A stretch of DNA of 49,225 nucleotides from an uncultured Chloroflexota bacterium (GTDB lineage Bacteria > Chloroflexota > Dehalococcoidia > UBA2979): the NCBI GenBank assembly GCA_913051185.1, contig CAJXBM010000005.1, forward strand, positions 1-49,225, read 5' to 3'. Both the position numbers and the translations under genes were made by a program. Every line of letters starts with the position of its first letter. Position 1 is the stretch's first letter. This document shows positions 1 to 10,045 of the stretch, in pieces. The notes under the pieces are model-generated. The model made no database searches. It was not told where the DNA came from and saw only the letters and a list, made by a program, of their open reading frames with translations.

Positions 1-69
1 AGTCTCTGAGAATTATAGAAATGTTGCCAAGGTTGACACATACAAATTCGGAACCGGGAGAATACATTT

Positions 70-504
70 CTACTCCCGACCCAGATCCCCACTTTCTAAT
101 TCATTCTTCGTACGTCCGGCTGCAGCTATGCGCGCTGCGGCGGCTTCTTCCTCGGCAGCTGCCAACACCTCGTCACGTTTCCGCTGCTCTCCGTAACAAT
201 CGGAGCAAAGTACCGGCCTATCATCTCGTGGACGAAAAGGAACCTCTGTAAGCTTCTTACATTGTCCGCATTCAGCCACAAACAATTGACGGGGCGTCCG
301 TCCGCCGTACGAGGCATACACGCCATATCGTGGAATATCTGTTGACTCCATTCCACTAGACGTCTTCTTTTGTTGACGACAATTTGGACAACGAACAGGA
401 TCATGTTCTAGTCCCTTGCTTGAATAAAATTCCTGCTCTCCAGCAGTGAATGTAAATTCGTCCGGACAATCTCTACACTTTAATTTTCGATCAGTAAATG
501 ACAT
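70..504 (-). CDS. Zinc-ribbon (zf-trcl) plus CxxC-x17-CxxC domain protein
   Basis: N-terminal CRDC...FTFTAGEQEFY..KG....P.RCPNCR and C-terminal CGQC-x17-CSDC (VPFRP...RPVLCSDC). Confidence 0.85.
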   Translation of the reverse strand: MSFTDRKLKCRDCPDEFTFTAGEQEFYSSKGLEHDPVRCPNCRQQKKTSSGMESTDIPRYGVYASYGGRTPRQLFVAECGQCKKLTEVPFRPRDDRPVLCSDCYGEQRKRDEVLAAAEEEAAAARIAAAGRTKNELESGDLGRE

Positions 505-586
505 AACACCCCCACATGTACCGCAAAAACACGATACCTCTAAAAAATATTCACCATAATCTTATTGATGAAGATTTAGCATAATG

Positions 587-1135
587 CTAATCGTCGAACT
601 CTTCAGCGTCGAGACCAAATTGAAAAATAGGCAACTCTAAGGAGTGCCCATTTTTCTGTGGACAAATTGTCGCCTCACAGACCTCTAACGGTGACTTGCA
701 CAAAGGACACAATGGTCGACCTGATGCCACTAGTCCAGAAATATTTTTAATAAACGCGACAGCCTGCCCCCGGCTAATCTCCATTCGAAAAGTAGGTGAT
801 GATGCTCTGTCATCTGCCGTCTGCTCGTCTGCTATAAAAATCAGGTGTTCACGCTCGGAATTATAATCAAAGCCCGCTCGCGCAATTTGGAAATCAACCT
901 GCGGTTCTTCCGGAAAAGAATGAATAGAAACACTTCTCTCCCTTGCTCTGCCGATTTGACGAGATCTCTCGGCCAACAATCGAGAAAATATCCTACCAAT
1001 CTCTATCAGCTGCTCTTTCTCTAGCCATAATGAGGCGTATTGATCTCCTACACGCGCACGTAACCTAAAGTGCCGTTGTCCTGGTGGCCCGACAGCATCA
1101 GCATCTACCGCATCTACTAAACCGAAATCGATCAT
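587..1135 (-). CDS. DUF3090 family protein
   Basis: DAVGPPGQRHF.L, LEKEQL and C-terminal GRPLCPLC...CP.KNGH motifs. Likely start is the ATG at 1135 (MIDFG) rather than 1186. Confidence 0.75.
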   Translation of the reverse strand: MIDFGLVDAVDADAVGPPGQRHFRLRARVGDQYASLWLEKEQLIEIGRIFSRLLAERSRQIGRARERSVSIHSFPEEPQVDFQIARAGFDYNSEREHLIFIADEQTADDRASSPTFRMEISRGQAVAFIKNISGLVASGRPLCPLCKSPLEVCEATICPQKNGHSLELPIFQFGLDAEEFDD

Positions 1136-1219
1136 ACTAAGAAGCGTAGAGGGTGAACCTCTTGAGGTACAACCCGACCTACACATTCCACATGAAATTG
1201 CGAGTATTATTTACCAATA

Positions 1220-2689
1220 ATGGATAACAATATCTCGTTTGAAACTGTCAAAAAACTGCGTGCGCTTTTAGATACTGGCAAGATAACTGCATCAGAACTT
1301 TTGGATCAGACGTTATCCGAAATTTCTCGTACAAATCCCATTCTTAACTCATTCGTATTAGTAACTGAGTCGCTAGCCCGAGCTCAAGCTGAATCCGCTG
1401 ACGCACGAATTGAACAAGGGAAACCTACTAGTCCGATCGACGGGATTCCAATAGCAGTAAAAGACTTGTACGATACTGCTGGCATAGTCACCGCGGGCGG
1501 AACTGCAGCATTCGAAAATAGAATACCGGACCACAATTCATACGTGATTGATAAATTACAGCAGGCTGGAGCAGTAATAGTAGGTAAAACAAATACGCAT
1601 GAACTAGCTTTAGGAGGAACAACTAATAACCCGCACTATGGACCTACTCACAACCCTTGGAATTTAAAAAACGTTCCAGGGGGCTCGTCGGGTGGATCTG
1701 GTGCGGCCTTGGCCTCAGGGCAGGTACCCCTCGCACTTGGAACTGATACCGGGGGGTCAGTACGTATTCCCTCAGCATTTTGCGGAGTCACGGGACACAA
1801 GCCGACATACGGGCTCATAGGGAAAAGTGGAATAATACCTCTCTCAAAAACACTTGATCATGCTGGTCCCATGGCCAGAACAGCTTTCGATTGTGCTCTG
1901 CTACTCAACCAAATGACCGGCAAAGATATAAATGATCCCCATAACATCAATTTCGATTCTTCTACGGACTTCACTAGAAATATTGAAGGGAACGTTAAAG
2001 GGACTACATTAGCTGTTATTCCATCTTTGCTGGTTGACAGTGATATCGGGGTAATTGAATCGTTTACAAAGTCAATCGCTGTTCTTGAACAAATGGGTGT
2101 GAACATAACAGAAATTGAACCGACGTCGAATAACCAAACAAAAATAAAAGACTCGAGAAGATATGATTCTGAAATTAGTTGGGGAGATCCACTCCCTTCT
2201 ATTATTCGGAACCTATCCCCCATCCTTTTATCCGAAGGATCTACATACATAGAAAATATTCTTCGAACTAATCCTAATTTGATTGGCCAGGCAGTAAGAG
2301 AGCGAATGATGAAAGGCATTGATATTTCTGTTCACGACTATATTCGTGCACTTGATTGGCGTAAGGAAATTGAGGGTAGATTTGAGAGCTGTCTGCTTAA
2401 TTCAACCATCGACGGATACGTCGTCCCCACTTCTCCACAAGTAGCAGAACCTATCGCGAGTGATCCTCACGTGGGTATGGAACCCGACGTAAAATTTCGT
2501 AATACAAGCGTATTCAACCACACTCGACAACCATCTATTTCCATGCCAAATGGCTTCAACAGCGAGGGACTTCCGACAGGTCTAATGATCACAACCGCTC
2601 AGAAAAACGATGCACTTGCACTTCGACTAGCACATCAATACCAACTAAATACTGATTTTCACTTGTCGAGACCTGGCATGAACGGTTAA
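1220..2689 (+). CDS. Amidase signature family enzyme (GatA-like, probably catabolic)
   Basis: Catalytic Lys (AVKDL), GGSSGGS and GTDTGGSVRIP (Ser-cisSer-Lys triad). No gatB or gatC adjacent. Confidence 0.9.
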   Translation: MDNNISFETVKKLRALLDTGKITASELLDQTLSEISRTNPILNSFVLVTESLARAQAESADARIEQGKPTSPIDGIPIAVKDLYDTAGIVTAGGTAAFENRIPDHNSYVIDKLQQAGAVIVGKTNTHELALGGTTNNPHYGPTHNPWNLKNVPGGSSGGSGAALASGQVPLALGTDTGGSVRIPSAFCGVTGHKPTYGLIGKSGIIPLSKTLDHAGPMARTAFDCALLLNQMTGKDINDPHNINFDSSTDFTRNIEGNVKGTTLAVIPSLLVDSDIGVIESFTKSIAVLEQMGVNITEIEPTSNNQTKIKDSRRYDSEISWGDPLPSIIRNLSPILLSEGSTYIENILRTNPNLIGQAVRERMMKGIDISVHDYIRALDWRKEIEGRFESCLLNSTIDGYVVPTSPQVAEPIASDPHVGMEPDVKFRNTSVFNHTRQPSISMPNGFNSEGLPTGLMITTAQKNDALALRLAHQYQLNTDFHLSRPGMNG

Positions 2690-2699
2690 ATAAATAAAC

Positions 2700-3593
2700 A
2701 TGGTCAATGTTACAGCAAATAAATCACTGATTGGTTACACATATCTTCGAATTGGTGGACCAGCAGAATGGTTCGCTGAGCCAAGGAACATTCATGAACT
2801 TCGTGAACTGATTAGTTGGGCCGATGAGAAAAATTTGTCCGTACGAATAATTGGGGCTGGATCAAATATCCTAGTCGCTGACGAAGGTGTAAAAGGATTG
2901 GTCATTTCACTAAAGACAGCATGTGCCGCCATCGAGGTAAATGGGACCAATATCATCACTGGATCAGCAGTAATGCTACCTGCCTTGGCAAAGAAAGCTG
3001 CAAGTTCAGGCTTGTCGGGGGCAGAGTTTTGCATAGGAATACCAGGAACTGTGGGAGGTGCACTCCAATCAAACTCTGGTACGACCGTCAATTCAGACAT
3101 GAGCACTATCGTCGAACAGATAACCGTTTTAAAAAATGGTGAACTTCGAAACTATGATCACAACGATATTATTTGGGGCTATAGAGAGACGTCACTTAAA
3201 CGCAGTGGCAATATCGTTATTGAGGCTAGCTTCAATCTTGTAAACAAGTCGAGTGACGTTATTAACTCGGATATGCGCGCGCTACTTGCGTCTCGAAAGG
3301 CGACTCAACCGACGGCTGAACCGAATGCAGGCTCCATCTTCAAAAATCCTGAAGGTGATTACGCAGGACGATTAATCGAAGCCGCAGGATGTAAAAAACT
3401 TGGCACGAAAAATGCCTCAGTCAATCAATTACACGCAAACTTTATCACCCATAACGGAAATGCGAGTTCAGACGAAATCGTATATCTGATCACAGAAATT
3501 CAACAAAAGGTACGGGCATCATTCGGGATCGAACTCACTCCAGAAATTGAGTGGTGGGGTCCTGAAGTTCAACCACGCTGCTTCAATAACTAA
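2700..3593 (+). CDS. murB: UDP-N-acetylenolpyruvoylglucosamine reductase
   Basis: RIGGPA, GAGSNILV.D.G, GIPGTVGG, YRET, AGSIFKNP, HANF and LTPEI motifs. Confidence 0.93.
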   Translation: MVNVTANKSLIGYTYLRIGGPAEWFAEPRNIHELRELISWADEKNLSVRIIGAGSNILVADEGVKGLVISLKTACAAIEVNGTNIITGSAVMLPALAKKAASSGLSGAEFCIGIPGTVGGALQSNSGTTVNSDMSTIVEQITVLKNGELRNYDHNDIIWGYRETSLKRSGNIVIEASFNLVNKSSDVINSDMRALLASRKATQPTAEPNAGSIFKNPEGDYAGRLIEAAGCKKLGTKNASVNQLHANFITHNGNASSDEIVYLITEIQQKVRASFGIELTPEIEWWGPEVQPRCFNN

Positions 3594-3594
3594 T

Positions 3595-4776
3595 TCATAT
3601 CATCGTCATATTGTTGCGATGTATGATTTCCTCACCATACTCATAACCGAGTGTACGAAGAATTTCCGAACTTTGGATTCCTTTGATTCGCCCTAATTCA
3701 TCGGTGGAATAATTTGTAATACCTACGCCAATGCGCGTTCCTGAAATGGAATGTATATCGACTACATCACCACGTTGAAAATACCCATCACAGCCTACAA
3801 CTCCCACCGGTAGGATAGATGAACCTTTTCTTAAGGCGTTCTCAGCGCCATTGTCGACTGTCAAGCGACCTTTTATGACCACGTTCGAAAGTAAATACCG
3901 TCGGCGGCTTTCGATTCTACTCGACTGAGCTGGAAAAAAAGTGCCTTTTTTTTCATTAGATACTGAAGATAAAACACAATCCTCTGAATTTCCATTTGTG
4001 ATTAATACATCTGTTCCACTTTCCGTCGCAATTTTTGCCGCTGATACCTTGCTTGCCATCCCTCCCCTACCTCGCTCACCAGCAGATCCAGCAATTGACA
4101 GTATGTAATCGTCGACCGATTCCACTTTACTAATCAAAAGGGCTTCTTCATTTATCCTAGGGTCTGACTGATACAGTCCCGATACATCACTTAGAATGAC
4201 TAATAGGTCAGCATCGACTAAATTTGAAATAAGGGCCGAAAGATGGTCATTATCGCCTATATTGACCTCAGCTATTTCATCTATAGCAACGACATCATTC
4301 TCATTAATAATTGGAACGATATTAAGCTCCAAGAGCTTCAGCAAAGTGTTTCTAGCATGCAAATAAGACAATCTATCACTCACATCGCGACGGGTAATTA
4401 ACGCTTGCGCAGAGAGAATATCTAATTGATTGAACGCCTGTTCCCAACCACGCATGAGCGGAACTTGCCCAACCGCTGCCAACACTTGTTTGGAAGCAAC
4501 ACTCCCAGATTCACTAGAAAATTGATTGTTTTTAAATTTCGCTAAAAGAGATTGTCCCTCAGTAATTGCACCACTCGTGACCAAAAGTACTTCATATCCC
4601 TCACGTTGGAGTACAGAAATTTGGCGAACTATATCTCGCATCTTCTCGTAAACGATTTTTTTTCCACCCTGAGTGAGTACGTTCGTTCCAATCTTAACCA
4701 CAACTCGGTATAAATCTGAATTATTTTTAGCCACGGTTTCACAACTTTCATTTAGTCTTGTAATGATAAAAACCAT
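3595..4776 (-). CDS. proB: Glutamate 5-kinase with PUA domain
   Basis: VVKIGT, VTSGAI, PIINENDVV, GDND.LSA, GGM.SK and a C-terminal PUA domain. The start may be the GTG at 4734. Confidence 0.95.
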   Translation of the reverse strand: MVFIITRLNESCETVAKNNSDLYRVVVKIGTNVLTQGGKKIVYEKMRDIVRQISVLQREGYEVLLVTSGAITEGQSLLAKFKNNQFSSESGSVASKQVLAAVGQVPLMRGWEQAFNQLDILSAQALITRRDVSDRLSYLHARNTLLKLLELNIVPIINENDVVAIDEIAEVNIGDNDHLSALISNLVDADLLVILSDVSGLYQSDPRINEEALLISKVESVDDYILSIAGSAGERGRGGMASKVSAAKIATESGTDVLITNGNSEDCVLSSVSNEKKGTFFPAQSSRIESRRRYLLSNVVIKGRLTVDNGAENALRKGSSILPVGVVGCDGYFQRGDVVDIHSISGTRIGVGITNYSTDELGRIKGIQSSEILRTLGYEYGEEIIHRNNMTMI

Positions 4777-4819
4777 CTTACGGACTAGAGATTGATCTAC
4801 TAGAGTTTAAAGTAATAAT

Positions 4820-5665
4820 ATGCAATCTCGATACATAACATCGGAAAACGGAAAAAGTCTTATTCGACTTCTTTATTCCAGTGGTAAACGGTTTGTGCGC
4901 GTTCACGGACCTCAGCATGCTGCAGCAACTGCTTATTTCGGAATTTTTTCTTTATTTCCACTAACTTTGTTGCTAAGTAGCGTCTGTGGAATTCTGTTCG
5001 AGAGTGATGCTCAGGAATTAACAATCGAGCTACTTGTTAATCAGTTACAAATGAACGACTCTTCAGTTGAATCTGCACTCAAAAATTTCCTTCAGCTTGG
5101 ACCCGCAGTACTGGTTGCGTCCGCACCTGCATTAATTTTGACATCAGGTACTATGACTTCATCGTTGCGAAAGGGCTTGGATGAAACTTTTGGGCCCGTA
5201 AGAAACAGATCATTTCTCAGATCAAGATTAATCGATTATGCGCTCATACCATTCCTGGCTCTGCCCTTAATCGGTGGTTTTATAACAACCGCAATATGGA
5301 GCTTGTCGACAAATGGTCGTGGCGATATTTCTGTTCTTGACATCGATCAGTACTTGATAACTCCTGAATTAGCGATTGGCCCAGTAATATCGCTATCCCT
5401 CACACTACTGTCAGCCATGCTTTGGTATCACTTTGTACCTACTAGAAAGCCAGCTATACAAACCCTCTGGTTTGGGGCCACAATTTCATCCCTTGGGTTT
5501 GAAATTTTAAAGTACGGATTTACTTTCTATATTTCTCGATCTATCACTTTCGACCTAATTTATGGTCCGTTGACATCAATAATGGCTATTATGCTTTTCA
5601 TATTTATTTCTGCATACATTTTTATTTTTGGCGCAGCTGTGTGTACTCAAAAATTTGGTGAATAA
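4820..5665 (+). CDS. YihY/virulence factor BrkB family membrane protein
   Basis: AAA.AYFGIFSLFP, about 6 hydrophobic helices, IYGPL...FIFGA. Confidence 0.85.
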   Translation: MQSRYITSENGKSLIRLLYSSGKRFVRVHGPQHAAATAYFGIFSLFPLTLLLSSVCGILFESDAQELTIELLVNQLQMNDSSVESALKNFLQLGPAVLVASAPALILTSGTMTSSLRKGLDETFGPVRNRSFLRSRLIDYALIPFLALPLIGGFITTAIWSLSTNGRGDISVLDIDQYLITPELAIGPVISLSLTLLSAMLWYHFVPTRKPAIQTLWFGATISSLGFEILKYGFTFYISRSITFDLIYGPLTSIMAIMLFIFISAYIFIFGAAVCTQKFGE

Positions 5666-6400
5666 TTATGACCGTGTAGGAGGACCATGAGGAAGCTCTA
5701 ATTTTGACCTTAACAAAGTAATTGTGGCGTCCGCAAGCGGTCTAATCAAAATTTGTAAATCCCAATCTAAATCTTGAAATTTAGACATAAATTCTTCAAT
5801 AGAATCTAACGACTGACCGAAACGAATCCTTTCATGATGAGCATCAATGGCTTTAAATCCCTGCAATTTCCTCGGACCTTCGCGTCCTCCCTCAGAAATA
5901 TACCAATCCTTAAACGCAACACCGCATCCGATACTAAACATCATGGACCCCAGTGGAGTGATAATTGGTGGAACCCCAGCGCTGAGTGCCCGAGCAGTCG
6001 TCTTTCTTGGAATAGAATCATATTCAATCATCAGATGACCACCATTCGGCACTATCTCTGATAGCACCGCAATGATATTTAAATCGATGCTTTCGGGAAT
6101 TTTCACCTGGCCATCATCAAATTCCAACACGTCAGTAAAATATGTTATCTCCAACCAATTAAATCCTGGAAATTTACCTGAATTCTGAAGTCCCCTAACA
6201 ACCGGAAAACGTGCCCGACCTAACTTTTTAGAATCCAGAAATATTTGAAAATTCGAGGAGCCTACTTTGCTCTTTGGCCCAAGTTCGATTTCTAAAAAAA
6301 CACCGTCTCCGACTTCACGACCATTAGCAATAAAAAGCTCATGGTCCGCTTCGTCTGATATAGGTTTCCACACACGTGTACCCTGACTACTTCCTGACAT
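5666..6400 (-). CDS. DUF1122 family protein
   Basis: NWLE, GGHLMIEY, GVPP..TPLG and FKDWYISEGGREGPRKLQG signature. Confidence 0.75.
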   Translation of the reverse strand: MSGSSQGTRVWKPISDEADHELFIANGREVGDGVFLEIELGPKSKVGSSNFQIFLDSKKLGRARFPVVRGLQNSGKFPGFNWLEITYFTDVLEFDDGQVKIPESIDLNIIAVLSEIVPNGGHLMIEYDSIPRKTTARALSAGVPPIITPLGSMMFSIGCGVAFKDWYISEGGREGPRKLQGFKAIDAHHERIRFGQSLDSIEEFMSKFQDLDWDLQILIRPLADATITLLRSKLELPHGPPTRS

Positions 6401-6459
6401 ACGATGAGTTCATACAAATCATAATTCTAATTCACTATTTAGCAGGAATCATCTGGTTT

Positions 6460-7842
6460 ATGTCTTCTACACATGAGAAAAGGTTAGAGCAATACGCCAC
6501 GAGCGAGGATAAATTCTATGTCACGGCACTAAAAAAACTATTAATGAGAGGTAAATCTCAAAATAGCATAACCAAACAAAATAATGATGATGACCGGTTA
6601 CAGCTTATATGGAACTACCTAAATGACCACGAGAGACCCGATAGTCGACATACCGTGCACATCGCTGGCTCAAAAGGTAAAGGATCAACTGCATCAATCG
6701 TTGAAATAATTTTAAGGTTTGCCGGTGCGACCACCTGTTTATTAACCTCTCCTGATTTGCATAGCGCTAGGGAACGCATCCGAATAAACGGCCAGTTGAT
6801 TTCAAAACCAGACTTCACCCGACTAGCAAATAAGCTTCTTGACGATCCCATTACAGCTGACTGGTCTTATTTTGAAATGATGACAGTAATCGGTTGGTGG
6901 GCCGCGCATGATTTTCAATCTGATTGGCAAGTGATTGAAGTCGGGCTCGGTGGAAGACTCGACACGACTAATGCCGTACTAAAAAAAGAAGTCTCTGTAA
7001 TAACAGCGATAGACCTAGAACACACCGATATACTTGGTTCCACAATTAGAAAAATAGCTGCCGAAAAAGCTGGAATTATTAAACGATCTGCACACTTGGT
7101 GTTAGCAACGATGAACAAATCTGCACGCGATGCAATTAGAAGCAGAGCGAGATTGCCGGATGATCACATACATGATGCCTCAACAGACTGCACGATTACT
7201 TCCAGAACTGTAAGTCTAGATAAACAGATAATTACACTCAAAACTCCCGACCATCTATATAACGATCTCACTTTTTTATTGCCCGGAGAACACCAGCTAG
7301 AAAACATCTGTAGTGGCATTAGAGCTGCCGAAATAGCTTGGTACGCAGTGAACGAGACCAAACTGCCTAAAAAAGCTGTTTTCGAAGGACTAGCCTCGCT
7401 CACTATTCCTGGGCGATTTGAAGTCTTAAGCCAAAAACCACTCATGATCACGGATGGTTTACACACCCCTCTTGCCGCAAAGCGATTTTCGGAAAGTCTG
7501 AAAGCATTAGGGATCACCAAAAACTTAATTTGGATCTTTGGCTTCCTCGAAGGTAAGTCTATTTCTAAAATTATTGATCAGTTAGTGATGCCCTCGGATA
7601 CAACTATCGCTACAGAGCTTTCGGGCTTGCGAGCGTTGCCGTCAGAAGCGATTGCACATGAACTGAGAAAACGATCACACCAGGTCAGCGTCCAGCCGAA
7701 TATTTCTAGCTCAATTGAATATGCAAAACAAATCTCGGGGCCCGATAGTACGATACTAATTGTAGGGAGTCTCTATACCGCAAGCGAAGCCCGAGCATTT
7801 GAGCTCGAACTAACTAATGAAACGAAAGAAAAAACTAGGTAA
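6460..7842 (+). CDS. folC: Folylpolyglutamate synthase/dihydrofolate synthase
   Basis: HIAGSKGKGST P-loop, TSP.L...RERI, EVGLGGRLDTTN, EKAGII, PGRFE. Start moved to ATG 6460 to avoid overlap with the divergent gene. Confidence 0.92.
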   Translation: MSSTHEKRLEQYATSEDKFYVTALKKLLMRGKSQNSITKQNNDDDRLQLIWNYLNDHERPDSRHTVHIAGSKGKGSTASIVEIILRFAGATTCLLTSPDLHSARERIRINGQLISKPDFTRLANKLLDDPITADWSYFEMMTVIGWWAAHDFQSDWQVIEVGLGGRLDTTNAVLKKEVSVITAIDLEHTDILGSTIRKIAAEKAGIIKRSAHLVLATMNKSARDAIRSRARLPDDHIHDASTDCTITSRTVSLDKQIITLKTPDHLYNDLTFLLPGEHQLENICSGIRAAEIAWYAVNETKLPKKAVFEGLASLTIPGRFEVLSQKPLMITDGLHTPLAAKRFSESLKALGITKNLIWIFGFLEGKSISKIIDQLVMPSDTTIATELSGLRALPSEAIAHELRKRSHQVSVQPNISSSIEYAKQISGPDSTILIVGSLYTASEARAFELELTNETKEKTR

Positions 7843-7855
7843 TAATTCGATAACT

Positions 7856-9121
7856 TCAAACCATACCCCTGAGGACTAACACTGAATTTTGCCCTCCAAA
7901 CCCAAACGAGTTATTCAGAACGATCCTCGATTTCACATCACGGGCTTGATTAGGAACATAGTCAAGATCGCACTCCTCATCAGGACTCTCGAGATTAATT
8001 GTTGGCGGAACAATAGAGTGTCTAAGGCCTTCGATTAAAGCAATCGTTTCTACCGCCCCGCTAGCCGCCAACATATGACCCGTCATAGATTTCGCGGCAT
8101 AAGTCGGTATATGCGCAGCGTGGTCCTGAAATACCGAGTGTAATGCCCGCGTCTCCGCGATGTCTCCTACTCCAGTAGATGTCGCGTGAGCTGAAACTAC
8201 ATCGATATCTTCGGGATTTATTCTTGCGCTGTCTAAAGCCAATCCAATAGCCCTGGCCGCGCCAGATCCGTTCTCGGCTGGAGCCACCAAAAAGCTCGCG
8301 TCAGCAGAGCAACCAAATCCAATTATTTCGGCGAGTGGCTCTGCCCCCCTCTGTCTCGCATGATCAAGAGACTCAAGAACAAGAATGGCTGCTCCCTCTG
8401 CAGGTACAAATCCAGATCGATTCTTATCAAACGGTCTTGATGCTTTAGTTGGATCATGATTGAAACCAACCGAAACAGCCTTCATGGCGGAAAATCCTGC
8501 CAAACCAAGCTTGCTAATTCCCGCCTCTACACCGCCGGCAAGCATTACATCACATGAGCCACGTTTAATTATTTCAAACGCCTCTCCCAAAGCTTGAGTA
8601 CCTGCCGCACAAGCGGTGACCAAGGTGCCATTATAGCCAAGCAATCCAAATTCAATCGCAATATTAGCCCCGGCCATATTACCTAAACGTTTGGAAATAT
8701 AAAAAGGATCGACGCGGCTCGGGCCCCTGGAATAAATCGTTTCCATAGACTTTTGGTCTTCATCAATTGCTCCTCCACCATTGCCTATCAACACCCCAAT
8801 TCTTTGTCGACTTGACTCGTCCATGTGAGGGATATCAATTCCAGCGTGATCCAATGCCATGCGACTAGCACCCACCGCAATTTGTGAAAATCGAGCGATT
8901 CTTCTCCCTGCTTTCTTGTCCATATATTCTGAGTAATCGAAATCTTTTATTTCACCCGCTATTTGACAATCATATCCAGACGGATCAATTAAAGTCATTC
9001 TAGAAACGCCAGACTCACCAGAAATCAAGGCATTCCAAAATGATTTAATGTTATTTCCCAATGGATTGAGTGTTCCCATTCCCGTCACGACCACGCGTAT
9101 CGAATCATCATTATTAGTCAT
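7856..9121 (-). CDS. fabF: 3-oxoacyl-ACP synthase II (paralogue 1)
   Basis: RVVVTG, TACAAG (Cys), AHATST, KSMTGH, NNSFGFGGQN. Confidence 0.92.
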   Translation of the reverse strand: MTNNDDSIRVVVTGMGTLNPLGNNIKSFWNALISGESGVSRMTLIDPSGYDCQIAGEIKDFDYSEYMDKKAGRRIARFSQIAVGASRMALDHAGIDIPHMDESSRQRIGVLIGNGGGAIDEDQKSMETIYSRGPSRVDPFYISKRLGNMAGANIAIEFGLLGYNGTLVTACAAGTQALGEAFEIIKRGSCDVMLAGGVEAGISKLGLAGFSAMKAVSVGFNHDPTKASRPFDKNRSGFVPAEGAAILVLESLDHARQRGAEPLAEIIGFGCSADASFLVAPAENGSGAARAIGLALDSARINPEDIDVVSAHATSTGVGDIAETRALHSVFQDHAAHIPTYAAKSMTGHMLAASGAVETIALIEGLRHSIVPPTINLESPDEECDLDYVPNQARDVKSRIVLNNSFGFGGQNSVLVLRGMV

Positions 9122-9158
9122 ATTCCAAGCTGCTTTCTTGTCTTACCTAGACACGCTC

Positions 9159-9959
9159 TTAATTATCTATTTTTAAGAATCTCATTGCGTTTCCACCTAT
9201 AAATTTTTCAATATAAGTCGAACCTGAAAGATTCTCTCTTACATCATTAAGATCATTCAGCTGCGAACGAAGAGGAAAATCTGACCCCCAGCAAACAGAC
9301 GAATCGCCGACAAGAGTTGGTATTAATTTATAAATATCAGATCTATACAAGTACTTACTTGCCGCCGAGTCAAAAACAATTCGACCAGAATCTATCAATT
9401 TTTGAACTTCCGGCATCAATGCATAAAAAGGTAAACCACCACCCCAATGTGCAGCAATGACCCGTAAATTTGGGTTATTTGACAGCAAAAGCCACAATTC
9501 TCCGACTGTCAATCCTCCACTCTTTCCAGAATACTGATGACCAACTTCTTCACTGACATGGACCAACACTACGCCTCGGAGATCTGTAACTGCACCCAAA
9601 TCAGCTCGTTGATTTTTTCGAAGTTCGCCAACGCCTAAAGAAAAGTCCGGCGGGTCAGTTTTTTGAACTGGTACAAATGGAATAATTCTCGAAATTGCTG
9701 ACTCTTGAGATTTCCTTTCTGCCTCGAGCAAGTAGTCCGCATGTTCTTGTGCAAGGCCAGCGTCTGACCACCAAAACCCGCATGCAACTGAAATGTCCAC
9801 TCCTGCAGTTGACATGGAATCGAGTAGATCTTCAGCGGTTGCCATCTTGGCACTAGAATCGCCATAAATTTCACCGAACTGCATCTCCGTTTTTATGAGA
9901 GTCTTCCTTGCTTTAATAAAGCTTGGAGGGAAAATATGAGTATGTATGTCTACTAACAT
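9159..9959 (-). CDS. Amidohydrolase family protein (Amidohydro_2)
   Basis: DIHTH, GVGEL, LVH, AAHWGGG and WGSDFP metal-binding motifs. Confidence 0.85.
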   Translation of the reverse strand: MLVDIHTHIFPPSFIKARKTLIKTEMQFGEIYGDSSAKMATAEDLLDSMSTAGVDISVACGFWWSDAGLAQEHADYLLEAERKSQESAISRIIPFVPVQKTDPPDFSLGVGELRKNQRADLGAVTDLRGVVLVHVSEEVGHQYSGKSGGLTVGELWLLLSNNPNLRVIAAHWGGGLPFYALMPEVQKLIDSGRIVFDSAASKYLYRSDIYKLIPTLVGDSSVCWGSDFPLRSQLNDLNDVRENLSGSTYIEKFIGGNAMRFLKIDN

Positions 9960-10045
9960 AGATCTACCTTACCCCCTCGACGAAAACGGTATATGTATCT
10001 TAGGATCTAAGAAGGCGGGGTGCACGATAGATTGGGTTCTGCACC

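Noticed and set aside
1220-2689. Calling the amidase gatA
   Set aside because: There is no gatB or gatC, and the GatA-specific C-terminal motifs are not evident. It was left as a generic amidase.
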